NCBI GenBank assembly: GCA_010909165.1
Contig: VJWM01000103.1
Location: forward strand, 992,001-1,056,000
Length of the DNA: 64,000 nt
Reading direction: 5' to 3'
From: Anthoceros angustus
Taxonomy: Eukaryota; Plantae; Anthocerotophyta
The notes under the pieces are model-generated. The model ran no database searches, was not told the origin of the DNA, and saw only the letters and a list, made by a program, of their open reading frames with translations. Shown here piece by piece: positions 25,061-37,941 of the stretch. Position 1 is the first letter of the stretch, and every line of letters begins with the position of its first letter. Made by a program: the position numbers and the translations under genes.

Positions 25061-25624
25061 AAGTAACGTAGATGGCTAGGCTAATATAGCTAACATTTCG
25101 AATAGATTAGTCTAGGTGGTGTTTTGGTTAGACCTGGACTGGGTTGTATCGTTGTATCCTGGTAGCCTCGTGGTTGTTCCATCAAGTTTGGTGCTTCAGG
25201 AATGAAAAGACAGAAAGAAATGCCTGGGAACAGGTCGTGCCCAGACAAGGGACAGAAGCCCAGGATAGTCATTCCGTGTTTTCGTAGGTTGTGGATTTGT
25301 AGTGGCACCACCTGCCAGGGCCTGGGCCTCACTGATTTTTGTTGTATGCAACTTTGTGCAAGGAGTATGGTGTGCAATGGTATGACCACAACAGCTCAGA
25401 GGCAACTGATGAATTCCCTCGTAGTCCAGCAGAATGAGATCGATTGGCAATCACGTAAGTCAGCACCCATTCTGGATGGGATCCTCGCCTTCGTTTGCGG
25501 TGGAATGTTTCATGTGTGCAGCTCCAGGAGGGAACTTGGGAAATCCACTCAGCGACACCTGCATGTCGCTGCAAAAGCTGTTGTGCGGATTAGAAACGCA
25601 ATGTAATGCAACTAGTGCCCAGCC

Positions 25625-28600
25625 ATGGCTCGGTCCTTCTTGAGAGCCATGGGTGGGTGGAGGCTGACAGGTGTTCACGGAAGAGCCCCCGCTTACCTGA
25701 CTTCACGGAACAAGTCAATGGCAAACAATGAACCCGCGAGGTGCAGCACTTTCGGAAGCAAGCAAGCCCGTCCAAGAGGACAACAGATGGGTCCTCGTGC
25801 CCCTGACCCTCGCGGATTTGCAGGATATGAAAGGAGTGTGACGGCTGAAACCGTGAGCAAACTGTGTCAGCAGGGGCAACTCACTGAGGCCGTTGATGCT
25901 CTAGAAGAGTTGGTGAACGCTGACGGTCGTACATCCACATCTCTCTTTTACACGGTCCTAAAAGAGTGTGTGGCTCAGAAGGATTTGCCTCTGGGTCGCC
26001 GTGTTCATGTTCTCACCGTGAAGAAGGGGTATGAGTGGGACACGTTCTTGTGCAACCACATTCTGCGAATGTATGCTTCCCATAAAAGGTTGCAGGAAGC
26101 TATGGATGTGTTCAGTACGGTCGCCAAACCAGATGCCTTCATGTGGTCTTCTATAATTTCTGCGCATGTTAAACACGGACAAGCTAAGCAGGCCATACAA
26201 CTTTATCATCAGATGCGCAGGACAAGTGTGAAACCAGATGCCCATGTGTATGCAGCAGCCCTTCAGGCTTGTGCAAAGGGAGCAGACCTGAAATCTGGGC
26301 AGGAGGTGCACGCTGATGTGCTGGCTAGTGGCATCGAGCATAGTTTGTTTGTTTCTAGTTGTTTAGTGGATATGTATGTGAAATGCGGCAGCTTGCAAGA
26401 TGCTCGAAGAGTGTTTGATGGGATGGGGGAAAAAAACGTGGTGACTTGGAGTGCCATGATATCAGGATATTCCCAGCAGGCCATGGGGCAGGAAGCGCTT
26501 AGTCTCTACAGGGCTATGCAAGAAGAATGCATGGTTGCACCTGATTATGTGACGTTTGTGTGCCTCTTGCAGGCATGTGCAAGTGTGGGCACTCCGGCTT
26601 TGGAGAATGGGAGGCAGTTTCATACGCAGATCAGAAACCGAAAACTTCAGGCTGATGTGGTTGTAGCCAACAGCTTAATAAACATGTATGCAAAGTGCGG
26701 CAGCGTACAGGATGCTCGGCATGTGTTTGATGGACTTCGTGAAAAGGACGTGGTGACATGGAGTACCATGATAGCTGGATATTCCCAGCAGGGCATGGGG
26801 CAGGACGCCCTGTCCGTCTACAGGGCTATGCAAGAAGAAGGCATCGTGGCACCCAATTCTGTGACCTTTGTGTGCCTCCTTCAGGCATGCGCAAGTTTGG
26901 GAACCTTGGCTCTTGAGAAGGGGAGGCAGGTTCATGCACAGATAAGAGAACGAGGGCTTCAATCTGATGTGTTTATAGCTAGCGGTTTGGTAGACATGTA
27001 TGCAAAGTGTGGCAGCCTAGAGGAGGCTCGGGGTGTGTTTGATGCACTTGATCAAAAGAATGTGGTGACTTGGAGTGCTATGATAGCTGCATATTCCCAG
27101 CAGAGCATGGGTCGGGAAGCCCTTGCTCTTTACAGAGCTATGCAAGAAGGAGGCTTGGCAGCACCCAACTCTGTAACATTTGTGTGCCTCCTGCAGGCAT
27201 GTGGAAGTGTAGGCACCTGTGCATTGGAGCAGGGGAAGGAGCTTCATGCACAGATTAGGGGACGAAGGCTTCAGGATGATGTGTTTGTAGCCAATAGTTT
27301 GATAAACATGTATGCCAAGTGTGGCAGCATAGAGGATGCTGAGAATGTGTTTGATGGACTTTGTCAGAAGGATGTTGTCACTTGGAATGTAATGATAGCA
27401 GGATATTCCCAGATGGGCATGGGACTGGAAGCCCTTCAACTTCTCATGACAATGCAACAGACAGGCATGGCTGCACCAAATGCTGTGACATTTGTGTCCC
27501 TCCTGCAGGCGTGTTCAAGAGCGGGCAGTGCGGCTTTGGAGAAGGGGAGGCAGCTTCATGCACAAATTAGAGAAAGAGGACTTCAGGGTGATGCAGCTGT
27601 TGGTGGGAGTCTGGTAAACATGTATGCGAAGTGTGGCAGCCTAGAGGATGCTCAGGTCGTGTTTGACGGGCTTGTTCAAAAAAATGTGGGGACATGGAGT
27701 GCCATGATAGCAGGGCATTCCCAGCGGGGCATGTGCGTGGAGGCCCTTCGTCTCTACAGGGCTATGCAAGAAGAAGGCATCGTGGCACCCAATTCTGTGA
27801 CCTTTGTGTGCCTCCTGCAGGCATGTGCAAGTGTGGGCACCCTGGCTTTAGAGGAAGGTAGGCAGCTTCATGCACACATTAGAGAACGAGGGCTTCAATC
27901 TGATGTGTTTATAGCTAGCGGTTTGGTAGACATGTATGCAAAGTGTGTGGCAGCCTAGAGGACGCTCGTGGTGTGTTTGATGCACTTGATCAAAAGAATG
28001 TGGTGACTTGGAGTGCTATGATAGCTGCATATTCCCAGCAGAGCATGGGTCAGGAAGCCCTTGCTCTTTACAGAGCTATGCAAGAAGGAGGCTTGGCAGC
28101 ACCCAACTCTGTAACATTTGTGTGCCTCCTGCAGGCATGTGGAAGTGTAGGCACCTGTGCATTGGAGCAGGGAAGGAGCTTCATGCACAAATTAGAGAAC
28201 AGGGACATGAGGCTAATAACTCCATAGCCAACAGTTTGGTAAACATGTATGCAAAGTGCAGCAGCCTAGAGGATGCTGAGAATGTGTTTGATGGACTCGG
28301 TGAAAAAATGTGGTGACTTGGAGTGCTATGATAGCTGCATATTCCCAGCGGGGCATGTGCGTGGAGGCCCTTCGTCTCTACAGGGCTATGCAGGAAGAAG
28401 GCAGCAGTGTGCCCGATTCCTTGACATTCGTGTCCCTCCTGCAGGCATGTGCAAGTGTTGGAAGCCCAGCGCTAGAAAAGGGAAGGCAGCTTCATGCACA
28501 AATTACAGAGCAAGGTCTTCAAGGTGATGTGATTGTAGCCAACAGCCTTGTGAACATGTATGCAAAGTGTGGCAGCCTAGAGGATGCTGAGAATGTGTTT

Positions 28601-30265
28601 GATGGACTTTGTCAGAAGGATGTTGTCACTTGGAATGTAATGATAGCAGGGTATTCCCAGCAGGGTATGGGACGGGAAGCCCTTCGTCTTTACAGGAGTA
28701 TGCATGAAGAAGGCGTGGATGCACCTGATTCTGTGGCGTTTGTGTGCCTCTTGCAGGCATGTGCAAGTGTGGGCACCCTGGCTTTAGAGGAAGGTAGGCA
28801 GCTTCATGCACAAATTACAGAGCAAGGTCTTCAAGGTGATGTGATTGTAGCCAACAGCCTTGTGAACATGTATGCAAAGTGCAGCAGCCTAGAGGATGCT
28901 CAGAATGTGTTTGATGGACTTTGTCAGAAGGATGTTGTCACTTGGAATGTAATGATAGCAGGATATTCCCAGCAGGGTATGGGACAGGAAGCCCTTCGTC
29001 TTTACAGGAGTATGCATGAAGAAGGCGTGGATGCACCTGATTCTGTGGCGTTTGTGTGCCTCTTGCAGGCATGTGCAAGTGTGGGCACCCTGGCTTTAGA
29101 GGAAGGTAGGCAGCTTCATGCACAAATTACAGAGCAAGGTCTTCAAGGTGATGTGATTGTAGCCAACAGCCTTGTGAACATGTATGCAAAGTGCAGCAGC
29201 CTAGAGGATGCTCAGGGCGTGTTTGACGGACTCACTCACAAAGACGTGGTGACGTGGAGTGCGATGATAGCAGGATATTCTCAGCAGGGTATGGGACAGG
29301 ATGCCCTTCATCTTTACAGTGTTATGCAAGAAGAGGGCCTTGTTGCTCCCAATTCCGTGACATTTGTGTGCCTCCTTCAGGCATGTGCGAGTGTGGCAGC
29401 GTTGCATCTGGGGAGGCAGCTTCATGTACAGATCAAGCACCAGAGGCTTGAAACTGATGTGCTTGTAGCAGGCAGTTTGATAAACATGTATGGAAAGTGT
29501 GGTAGCATGGATGAGGCACAGCAGGTGTTTGAGGGATTGCCTGAAAGAGATACTATCACCTGGAATGCAGTAATTGCAGGATACATCCGTCAAGGAGACA
29601 GTGACAAGGTCTTTAGCTTGCTTCTGAGAATGAGAGAGGATGGCATACAGCCAAATGGCATCACGTTCCTTAGCATATTAACAGTATGCAGTCATGCAGG
29701 TCTAGTGCACAAGGGGCGAGAGTACTTTGAGTCCATGAGCAGACAGCATGGCATCACTCCCAAGGTGGACCACTACACATGCATGGTGGATCTGCTGGGT
29801 CGTGCAGGATATCTGGACGAGGCACTAGCTTTAGTACGGGCAATGCCTGTAACGCCTAATGCTGCAGTTTGGCATACGCTTTTGGGTGCATGTCGAAAGT
29901 GGAGCAACGTGGAGGTCGGTCGCCATGCTTTCGATGAAGCTGTAAAGCTAGACGAGAAAGATGCGGCCGCATATGTGTTGATGTGCAGCATATACACTGA
30001 TGCTGAGATGTGGGAGCAGGCTCACGACATGCAGGTGAGAAGAATAATGACCAGGGCATGGAAGCAGCCCGGCCAGAGCTGGTGGACAGACTTGGACGGA
30101 ATGGTGCATAGTTTTGTCGTTGGGAATGAGAAGCATCCGGGTAGGATAAAGCTCTTGCCAAAAATGAAGGAAGGTCATGGGGTCGATCTGAGACAATTAT
30201 CTGATGTTTGGAAGGAACATCATGTGTGTAGGAACGGCGAGGAGCTGGCTACAGCACGTGCCTGA
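25625..30265 (+). CDS. PLS-class PPR protein (organellar RNA-editing factor type), ~13 PLS triplets + E1/E2 + decayed DYW; three indels at 27943-28308
   Basis: 12 recurrences of the MY(A/V/G)KC(G/S)S-type motif at ~312-bp spacing, P2-L2-S2 (YTCMVDLLGRAG), E domain (WHTLLGACRKWSNVEVG..AAYVLMCSIY), PG box KQPGQSWWTDLDGMVHSF; Arg-rich, acid-free N-terminus suggests an organellar presequence. Confidence 0.9.
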
Positions 30266-30374
30266 AGAAGACACCCTAAAGGACCTCCACACTCGCTGTG
30301 ACAAGTCTGCGGGTCTCGGTCCACTTTCACGCTGCCATGGTTTATCTATCGGAAGGAGGAAAGCGAACTATGTT

Positions 30375-30500
30375 ATGCGTGGAATGCCATGATAGGAGGC
30401 CTCCGTATTCCCTGCAGGGCATGGGGCAGGAGGCCCTCGATCAGGGCCATGCGAAACGAAGGAATCGTTGCTCCTGACTCTGTGACACATGTATGCCTTT
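30375..30500 (+). pseudogene. Short PPR motif remnant
   Basis: AWNAMIGG..YSLQGMGQEAL..RAMRNEGIVAPDSVTHVCL read across indels. Confidence 0.6.
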
Positions 30501-31329
30501 CACACCAATGGGCATGATAGCAGGAAGCGCATCTCATCCCAGGCTCGATGTTCCATCTCTTCGGCGACCAGCTCGTTGGTCTGAAAATGTTTGCATAGTG
30601 GTGAATTCTCTTCCCTGGTTTGTCATTTGCCCTAGTAAGACAGTGCCAGACATATTCCCAACACACATCCAGTTTGTACTGTATGTGCCCTAGCATTGAG
30701 CGACACCGCCAGATGAAGGAGCGTGTTTGAATTTCCAAGAAGTCCGGCTGGCGGCTGGCAACGTATGCTCCCGGATCCCAGTCGCAATTGGAGTCCCGAG
30801 ACTCCAGAGCGATCCTGGGGCTCTGCAGCGCGGGCCCGAGATTAGTAGTGTACATATGTATGTAGACCGGATGATCGAACTGAAAATGTCATTGGCATAC
30901 CTGATTGGGCTGTTGCTTTATCACATACCAGCGATTTGGAGCAGTTGTATTCTTGCTTCTTCATCATCATCATCATCATCTTCTTCTTCCTCTCCTATTC
31001 AGACATTCGGGGAAAGGCGTCTCTTGCATATTTATGTAAATATGCCTATATATGCCTCTATATGTACAGAAGGTGGGAGGTGCGGGTCACTTGTACCTTG
31101 TAAGGCAAGGCGGCTGTGTCGTCGTCTCACTGGGTCCTTGAGCGTCCACCAAATTAAAAGTTGGAAGGTGAAGATTCCGTGCCCAGGGTAGTCTATATCA
31201 ATCAGCCCAGGCGGACCGGGTGAGCAAATAATTCACTGTACAGGAACTGGATGTTGAGCTGAGCTCAGGAGTATGGCGCATTTGAGAATGTAATTGCGGG
31301 GATGTGGAATCAGGTATATAAATGGGAAG

Positions 31330-33330
31330 ATGAAGGTGCGGCGTGCAGGCCTGGGGTGCAGGATCCGGATCCGGATCCGTTGCTGGATCACAGTAGTAGT
31401 AGTAGTACTAGTAGTGGTGCTGTGGCTGTGTGTGGTTCCGGGATCGGGAGCCTGCAGTAGGGTCGGGCCCGAGGTGGTGGAGGTGCAGGAGCCGGCGTGG
31501 ACGGCGTGGGCATGGCAGGAGGTGAGCGACGGGGTGGGCAAGGTGTTCCAGGTACAGATTGGGCAGGAGAAGTCTGTGTGGCCGGCGCTGGACTTGAGGG
31601 GGCCCAGGCTGGTGGCGGCGCTGGTGCTAAGCGCGGTGGGCGCCTGCCTGGCCGGCGCCGGAGGGGTTGGCGGGACCGGGCTCTACGTTCCGCTCTTGCA
31701 CCTGCTGGTGGGATTCGACGCCAAGACGGCGACGGCGCTGTCCAGTGTCATGACTCTAGGAGGCAGCGTGTCCAACGTTTTGCTGACTCTGGGGCGGCCG
31801 CACCCGGACCCGGATCTGGACGGGGAGCCGCTCATAGATTTCAACGCGGCATTGCTGCTGCAGCCCAACATGTTGCTGGGGATCAGTCTGGGAGTGATTG
31901 CGAATGTCATGCTTCCCGCCTGGATGATCGTCGCGCTCGTGGCCTCCACGTTGGCCTACACGATGCACAGAAGCCTGCGGGAAGCCATGAGGTGCTGGGC
32001 GCAGGAGACGCTGTTGAAGCTGGGGCCTGGTTTAAATTTGTCGGAGTCCGTTAGCGTTGCCGGCCAGTCTGGCAGCAAGCTTAAGGATTCGGATCCAGAG
32101 GGCGGGGACCTGGACACGCCTTTGCTGGTGCCCTCGGGTGGCGAGGAAGAGGATCGCAATCGTACGGCTGGGCTCCCCTGGATTCCTGCAGAGCTTACTC
32201 GCGATCGCCCGATTCCCAAATTGTGTCCTGTGAAGAAGTTGGGGATGCTCGCTCTCGTGTGGTTCGTCTTCTTTGGCATTCAAGCGCTTCGAGGTCGCAG
32301 TTCTGGCCAGGTTAGATGTTCTTGTCCACACCTCCACTCGTACGTATGTACGTTGTGTGCATCCATGGTATAGCATGATGGCCAGCTGAGGACATGCAAT
32401 ATTAATCTGCTGCATATATTCATATGCAGTGTGGCCCGGGATACTGGCTTTCCACAGCCTGTCTGCTGCCTGTCTCTTTGGGATTCACATCCTGGATTGG
32501 AAGTGCTGGCAGACAGGCCCCAGACACTAGTTCTAGTGACGCCGTGCACGTGGGTGATCAGGTACTACTGCTTTCCTTCGTTCTTGCTTGCAACTGCTCC
32601 GCTCGTTTGCACTACCACCTCTATTTCCTTACACTTTCCCTTAAAGTATACATCTGCTTTCGAATTTGGGCTCAAGTGTTTCACCCCTCCTTGCGGAAGG
32701 TACGACAGGGTGGGATTCTGGTGACAGGGATGGCATTCCTTGGAGGACTGCTTGGAAGCATGTTGGGCTTTGGCGGAGGCATGATTGTCATTCCTCTTTT
32801 CCTGGAGATGGGGATGCCCCCGCAGGTGATTTTCCTCTCGCACTCTCGGATCTGGAGTGAACAATATTATGATCGGATGATTCACACTCTCATCACTTCT
32901 TCATTTCATATAGACCTATTTGATTTCACAAAGTTTTCCCTATACCGTCATAAGCTTACCGTGCACTCTTTTGTGTTGCCATGTTGAACAGGTGACTGGC
33001 GCCACGTGGTGTTTCATCACCTTCTTTTCCTCCTCCTTGTCCGTTGTCCAGTATTGGATGCTGGGCCGTATCCCAGTGGAGCATGCTCTTGTGTTTGCTG
33101 CCACTAGCTTTGTGGCTTCGGCGGTGCGGCAGATAGTTATAGAGCGTGTCGTCGTGCGATGTGGGAGGCCTTCTATTATCGCCTTCACCGTCTCGGCTGC
33201 TATGGGCCTGAGTGCCTTAACAATGGCAGGTTTTGGGGGCTATGATGTTGTCCAGCAATATCTTCGAGGCGAGTATATGGGCTTTCATCGACCTCGTTGC
33301 ACCGTGGGCGTCACGACCTTGGCTGGCTGA
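31330..33330 (+). CDS. Sulfite exporter TauE/SafE family membrane protein, copy 1 (4 exons)
   Basis: AGGVGGTGLYVPLLHLLVGFDAKTATALSSVMTLGGS, PLIDFNAALLLQPNMLLGISLGV, GSMLGFGGGMIVIPLFLEMGMPPQ|VTGATWCFITFFSSSLSVVQYWMLGRIP and GEYMGFHRP. Confidence 0.88.
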
Positions 33331-33457
33331 GCAGGTGCTGGGGGAGCTGCGACTTGAGGAGCTTATGGGTAACGTCACCGATCTTACGGCCCTGGGTCGT
33401 GGTCTTTCCTTTGAGCAGGTGATTATCATGGTAACGCAACCCCGAGACGTCCAAAGC

Positions 33458-33600
33458 GCTGGTGCACAAAGCTGTCAGAGAAAACAACGGGCGCGCATTG
33501 GGTTGTCGAAGCTGGTGCACAAAGCTGTATGAGAGAACAACGGACTCTGGGTTGTCGAAGCTGGTGCACAAAGCTGTCAGAAAGAAAGGACAACGGGCAT
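33458..33600. repeat. ~50-bp tandem repeat x3
   Basis: GCTGGTGCACAAAGCTGT at 33458, 33511 and 33560. Confidence 0.8.
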
Positions 33601-33619
33601 GCTTTTACTCTATATCAAA

Positions 33620-34610
33620 TATCATATGTGTGTGTAGGATAAGACATCCTTTGTGTATACAGAGCTATTATTATTGAGGTATATATAGAGTTATTATTAT
33701 TTAATAAAAAAAATAATGACAAGAAGCCCATCCACCAGGAGACAACCCAGGAGGACGGAGGGTCAAGATGAAAAGGAGCGACTAATAGCACTTTTAAATA
33801 ATCAACATTAGAATGCAGAGAGGACACTAAGGGAGCATTAAAATATTGTATAGATATATATTTTTTAGAATAACAGTATTCATCATTAAAAATAGAGGTT
33901 TTTCCCATGCACTCTTTTGGCATATGTCAAATTATACTATTAAATAAATATTATATGTCAAATAAAAATAAATTAATAAAGTATCATTATAAACATATAT
34001 TTGGTTGAAACTATAGATTAGTAAATATTGTATGGACTATGCTGTATAATGATTTGGTTGAAACAATATGAATTAGTAAATTAACGTATAAATATGTGGT
34101 GTGCACCATTATGTTGTATTTATAAACATTTGGTTGAAACGAGATGGATGAGTAAAATGTCCTACGAACATGTCGTATAGTAAAATATAGTATGAATATC
34201 TCGTATGTACTACAACATATTGGTCCATACGATATGTTCATACGATAATTCTTTCAACCAAATGATTATACAGTATAAATCATTTGATTGAAACGACATG
34301 GATGAGTAAAATGTCCTATGAACATGTCGTATAGTAAAATATAGTATGAATATCTAGTATGCACTATTATAACATATAATCATTTGGTTGAAAGAATTGT
34401 CGTATGAACATATCGTATGGACCAATATGTTGTATAATCATTTGATTGAAACTACATGGATGAGTAAATTGTTGTATGGACATATTATTTAGACCATTAT
34501 GTTATATAGATTAGTAAAGTGACGTATGATAGACCAATATGTTATATAATATTTGGTTGAGACTATAAAGATTAGGTAGCAAATATATTTGGTTGAGACT
34601 ACAAACAACG
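33620..34610. repeat. Very AT-rich tract with degenerate tandem subrepeats
   Basis: Recurrent TTTGGTTGAAAC / GAGTAAA / GACCAATATGTT blocks; GAGTAAAATGTCCTA.GAACATGTCGTATAGTAAAATATAGTATGAATATCT is duplicated. Confidence 0.7.
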
Positions 34611-35450
34611 TCTGTGTAGAAAGGGGTTTCTCCTGTTAAAAGGGGTTTTGGTAAAAATCCCAACCCTATTTCGCTGAAAACTCAAATTGGTTTAGTTTTT
34701 GTTGTTTTTTGAAGGTGTTCATCCATCGGTTTCAGGGATTGACAGCTTCGGTGCCACTTCCTGTCAAAGTCATTTACACCGAGCTAGCGGCTTCTAATTT
34801 GGTTCACGGCGATTTATTAGGCATGATGAAGGGTCAGTGACCTCTTTATTCCATTATTTCTGCATGTCCGTAGTTCCCTAATTTTGTGTGATTCTTTAAG
34901 ATTTTGTATTCCAAGGGGAGCGGCGCAAGACGATACACAAGCAAACTTGCGACCGTGCAAAAAGAACGGGAAAAATGATCTTCTAATGGGAAAACATGTA
35001 CCATCCACTCATTTTAAATGTATTAAAAAGATCAAACATATCTTGGTTGCGACCAGATTGATACGCTGTTGACGGTGCTTCGTCAACACGAAGTGTTGCA
35101 TTGCGGGGGTATCCGAGTCTTGGAAACCCGACTATCGTTCACGTGTCTCTAGATGTCAATTGCAAGTGGGATATCGATGGAGAGCTCTGGCATTATGATT
35201 GGCGGATTTCAAGAAACATGGCGACGAAAAATGACTCCACGCAGCACTATATCTCCAAATATTGGGTTGCTCAAGATTTCCTCCTCCATGCTACAACTTA
35301 TGGTGCCCACATCTTGAGGGCAGGACCTTGAAACATAGGCATCAAGCATGCAGCCTTTACGAGGGATAGCTTATTGGTGACAGTTTGCTACTAGTGACAC
35401 CTATTGTCTGTGAGTGCAGCTGCCTAACCTTCAATAAGGCACCAGTGCTT

Positions 35451-36104
35451 GCACAGGCCTTCACAAGGCAAGCAAAAGTAACATGGCAAGCTAAAATCAC
35501 CCCAACCTGCTCCATTTGTCCACATCACAACAAGCACAGGCCTTCACAAGGCAAGCAAAAGTAACATGGCTAGCTAAAATCACCCCAACCTACTCCATTT
35601 GTCCACATCACAACAAGCACCTCATGTTCGAGCCCTTGCTATGGATACCCAACGCTCAGGGCAATATTCCATGTCACCACATCCTTTGCGTTCATGCTTT
35701 CAAAATCCTGTAAAAAACCTGGCGTGCATCCTCCAGTTCATACATGGTTTTAGTTGTGTGTTGGTTGTGCATATGGCAAGGCCTCCTCGAGTTTGTAACA
35801 AGGAGAGCAGTAGAAGTTGGAAACCAAAGAAAGATGCTTCTCCTTCGTGTCAGCCTTCGCAGCCATGGTTTTAGTTGTGTGTTGGTTGTGCATTTGGCAA
35901 GGCCTCCTCGAGTTTGCTTAACAAGGAGAGCAGTAGAAGTTGGAAACCAAAGAAAGATGCTTCTCCTTCGTCACTGCAGCCATGGTTTTAGTTGTGTGTT
36001 GGTTGTGCATTTGGCAAGGCCTCCTCGAGTTTGCTTAACAAGGAGAGCAGTAGAAGTTGGAAACCAAAGAAAGATGCTTCTCCTTCGTGTCAGCCTTCGC
36101 AGCC
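35451..36104. repeat. 83-bp x2 (35451-35621) and ~117-121-bp x3 (35743-36104) tandem repeats
   Basis: Units start GCACAGGCCTTCACAAGG (35451, 35534) and CATGGTTTTAGTTGTGTG (35743, 35864, 35981). Confidence 0.85.
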
Positions 36105-36419
36105 ATAGGAAAAGCTGCTTCGAAATTGGTGATCGAGAGATGAAGTGGGTTTCTATTTTTCTCTCTGACTATAGGAGGAATGTAGAACCAAGTGCGTTGG
36201 TATTTGTGAGTGCAAGAACAAAGCGAACCCACAAATAAATATTATTTTCATATTTTATTTTAATTTTTAATAAAAATAAATTATAATATAAAATATAGAT
36301 ATTATTTTATTTATTACTATATGCAGAAGTGGTAACAAGCCTAAACCCTCGTACCCTATGTTTGCGGTGTAGGGTTTGGGCAGTGGGTAGAAGGTCAAGT
36401 CACTCCTTCTGCGCAGGTC

Positions 36420-37050
36420 CGTGGGGCGCTGGCATAATCGCATTTACCAGGATATTCCCAGAAGGGGATTTGTAGCTGTGCAAGACGGAGGCATGGCTGC
36501 ACCGAATTCTGCGACATTTTGCCTCCTGAAGGCGTGTGCAAGTGCAGGCACCTCGGCTTTGGGAATGGGAAGCAGGTTTATGCGCAAATTAGAGAAAAGG
36601 GCTTCAGACTGATTTGTTTGTAGCCAATAGCTTAGTGAACATGTTTGCACAGTGTGGCAGCATAGAGGATGCTCAGGATGTGTTTGACAGACTTCCCCGC
36701 AAAGGTGTGGTGACGTGGAATGCCATGACAGCAGGGTATTCCCGGCAAGGCATGGGGCTGGCAGCCCTCCATCTTTTTGACTGCTTTGCAACAAGACGGT
36801 TGGGCTGCACCAAATTCAATGGAGGCATTTGGGAGTGTAGGTACTGCAGCTTTGGGGTAGGGGAGGCAACTTCAAGCACAAATTAGAGAACAGGGCGCGC
36901 TTCGTCTTTACAGGGCTATATGCAAGGAGAAGACCTAATTGCACCCAATGCCGGGATATTTGTGTGCCTCCTTCACGTTTGCTCAAGTGTAGCAGGTATG
37001 CATATTGGAAGACAGCCTTATGCACTAACCAGGGAACAATGACTTGCCGC
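36420..37050 (+). pseudogene. PLS-PPR pseudogene fragment
   Basis: AAPNSATFCLLKACASAGTSAL and FVANSLVNMFAQCGSIEDAQDVFDRLPRKGVVTWNAMTAGYSRQGMG, with stops and frameshifts; closely related to the 25625-30265 repeats. Confidence 0.8.
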
Positions 37051-37941
37051 TGATGCACTTTTGAGGCAGTCTCTGGGAGAGGGTTTGAGGCACTCCCTGT
37101 GTTTTATTTGATGTTGGATAATAGTAAAAAGAACTTCCCATCCCGGGCCCGAACGTGTCGTCTCATCCATCATGGCTCCTTGGCTTGGTCTGAACATGTT
37201 GGCTACACAGTAAACCCTAGTCTGGCTGCTGGCTGGGCTCGAGGTGAATTCCCGGGTTTGTCATTTGCCCTACGACAGACCAGCGCAGGACCATGTTTCC
37301 AAAGAATCTGATGTCTCTACACAGGTTTGTGGACCTGTCAGTGTTGCACGGCTACTTAGGAGAGCGTGTGCATGGGATTTCCAAGAGGCCCGCGACTGGC
37401 TTTGGCAGCTTGTGCTGCCAGAGTCCCGTTCCCAACTCGAGCCCCAAGGGACATACATACCGTAAAAGGTAGTACGTACTGTAATAGGACTGGATATGCA
37501 TAGCGGCATTTGGTTCAAATTTTGTTTTCAGGCATCCACGGACCAGGAGCCGGGCGTCAGTCTGTGGGCGGACGTCAGCCAGCAACTGCGAGTTGCACAA
37601 GCATGCAGAAGGCGACAATCACGCTCGGTTGCCATTGTGCCTCGGGCGCTGCGAGTCAGAGTGACAGGTAGGCAGATCTCGGGAGCACTCGGTATTCATC
37701 ATCAAGCTGGCGGGCTCTATAGAGCTCGCAGCGAGGCTGTAAATTAGGAGCTCGTCAACCACTCTAGTCGGTTCTTGGACCAAGCCGGTGTTTCCGGTCG
37801 CGCCTGCTCGGGATCGCACAGCCTGCATACGCCGGGCGGGGTGTGCAAATTTCACAGGAAGTGGATGAGTTCAGAGGCTCAGGAGACAAATTTCCGCATC
37901 TGCGAGTTCGAATATAACTGGGTACGGAGGCAGATGTGAGG

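Noticed and set aside
27943-28308. Programmed frameshifting or RNA editing restoring the PPR frame
   Set aside because: This is a nuclear gene, there is no slippery heptamer with a stimulator, and plant editing does not fix indels; sequence error or decay is simpler.
30950-30995. (TCA)n/(TCT)n run as the tail of another LINE
   Set aside because: There is no upstream RT remnant; it is a simple microsatellite.
35066-35151. Helitron 3' end (hairpins followed by CTAG)
   Set aside because: CTAG is followed by A rather than T, the hairpin spacing is atypical and no matching 5' TC end was identified.
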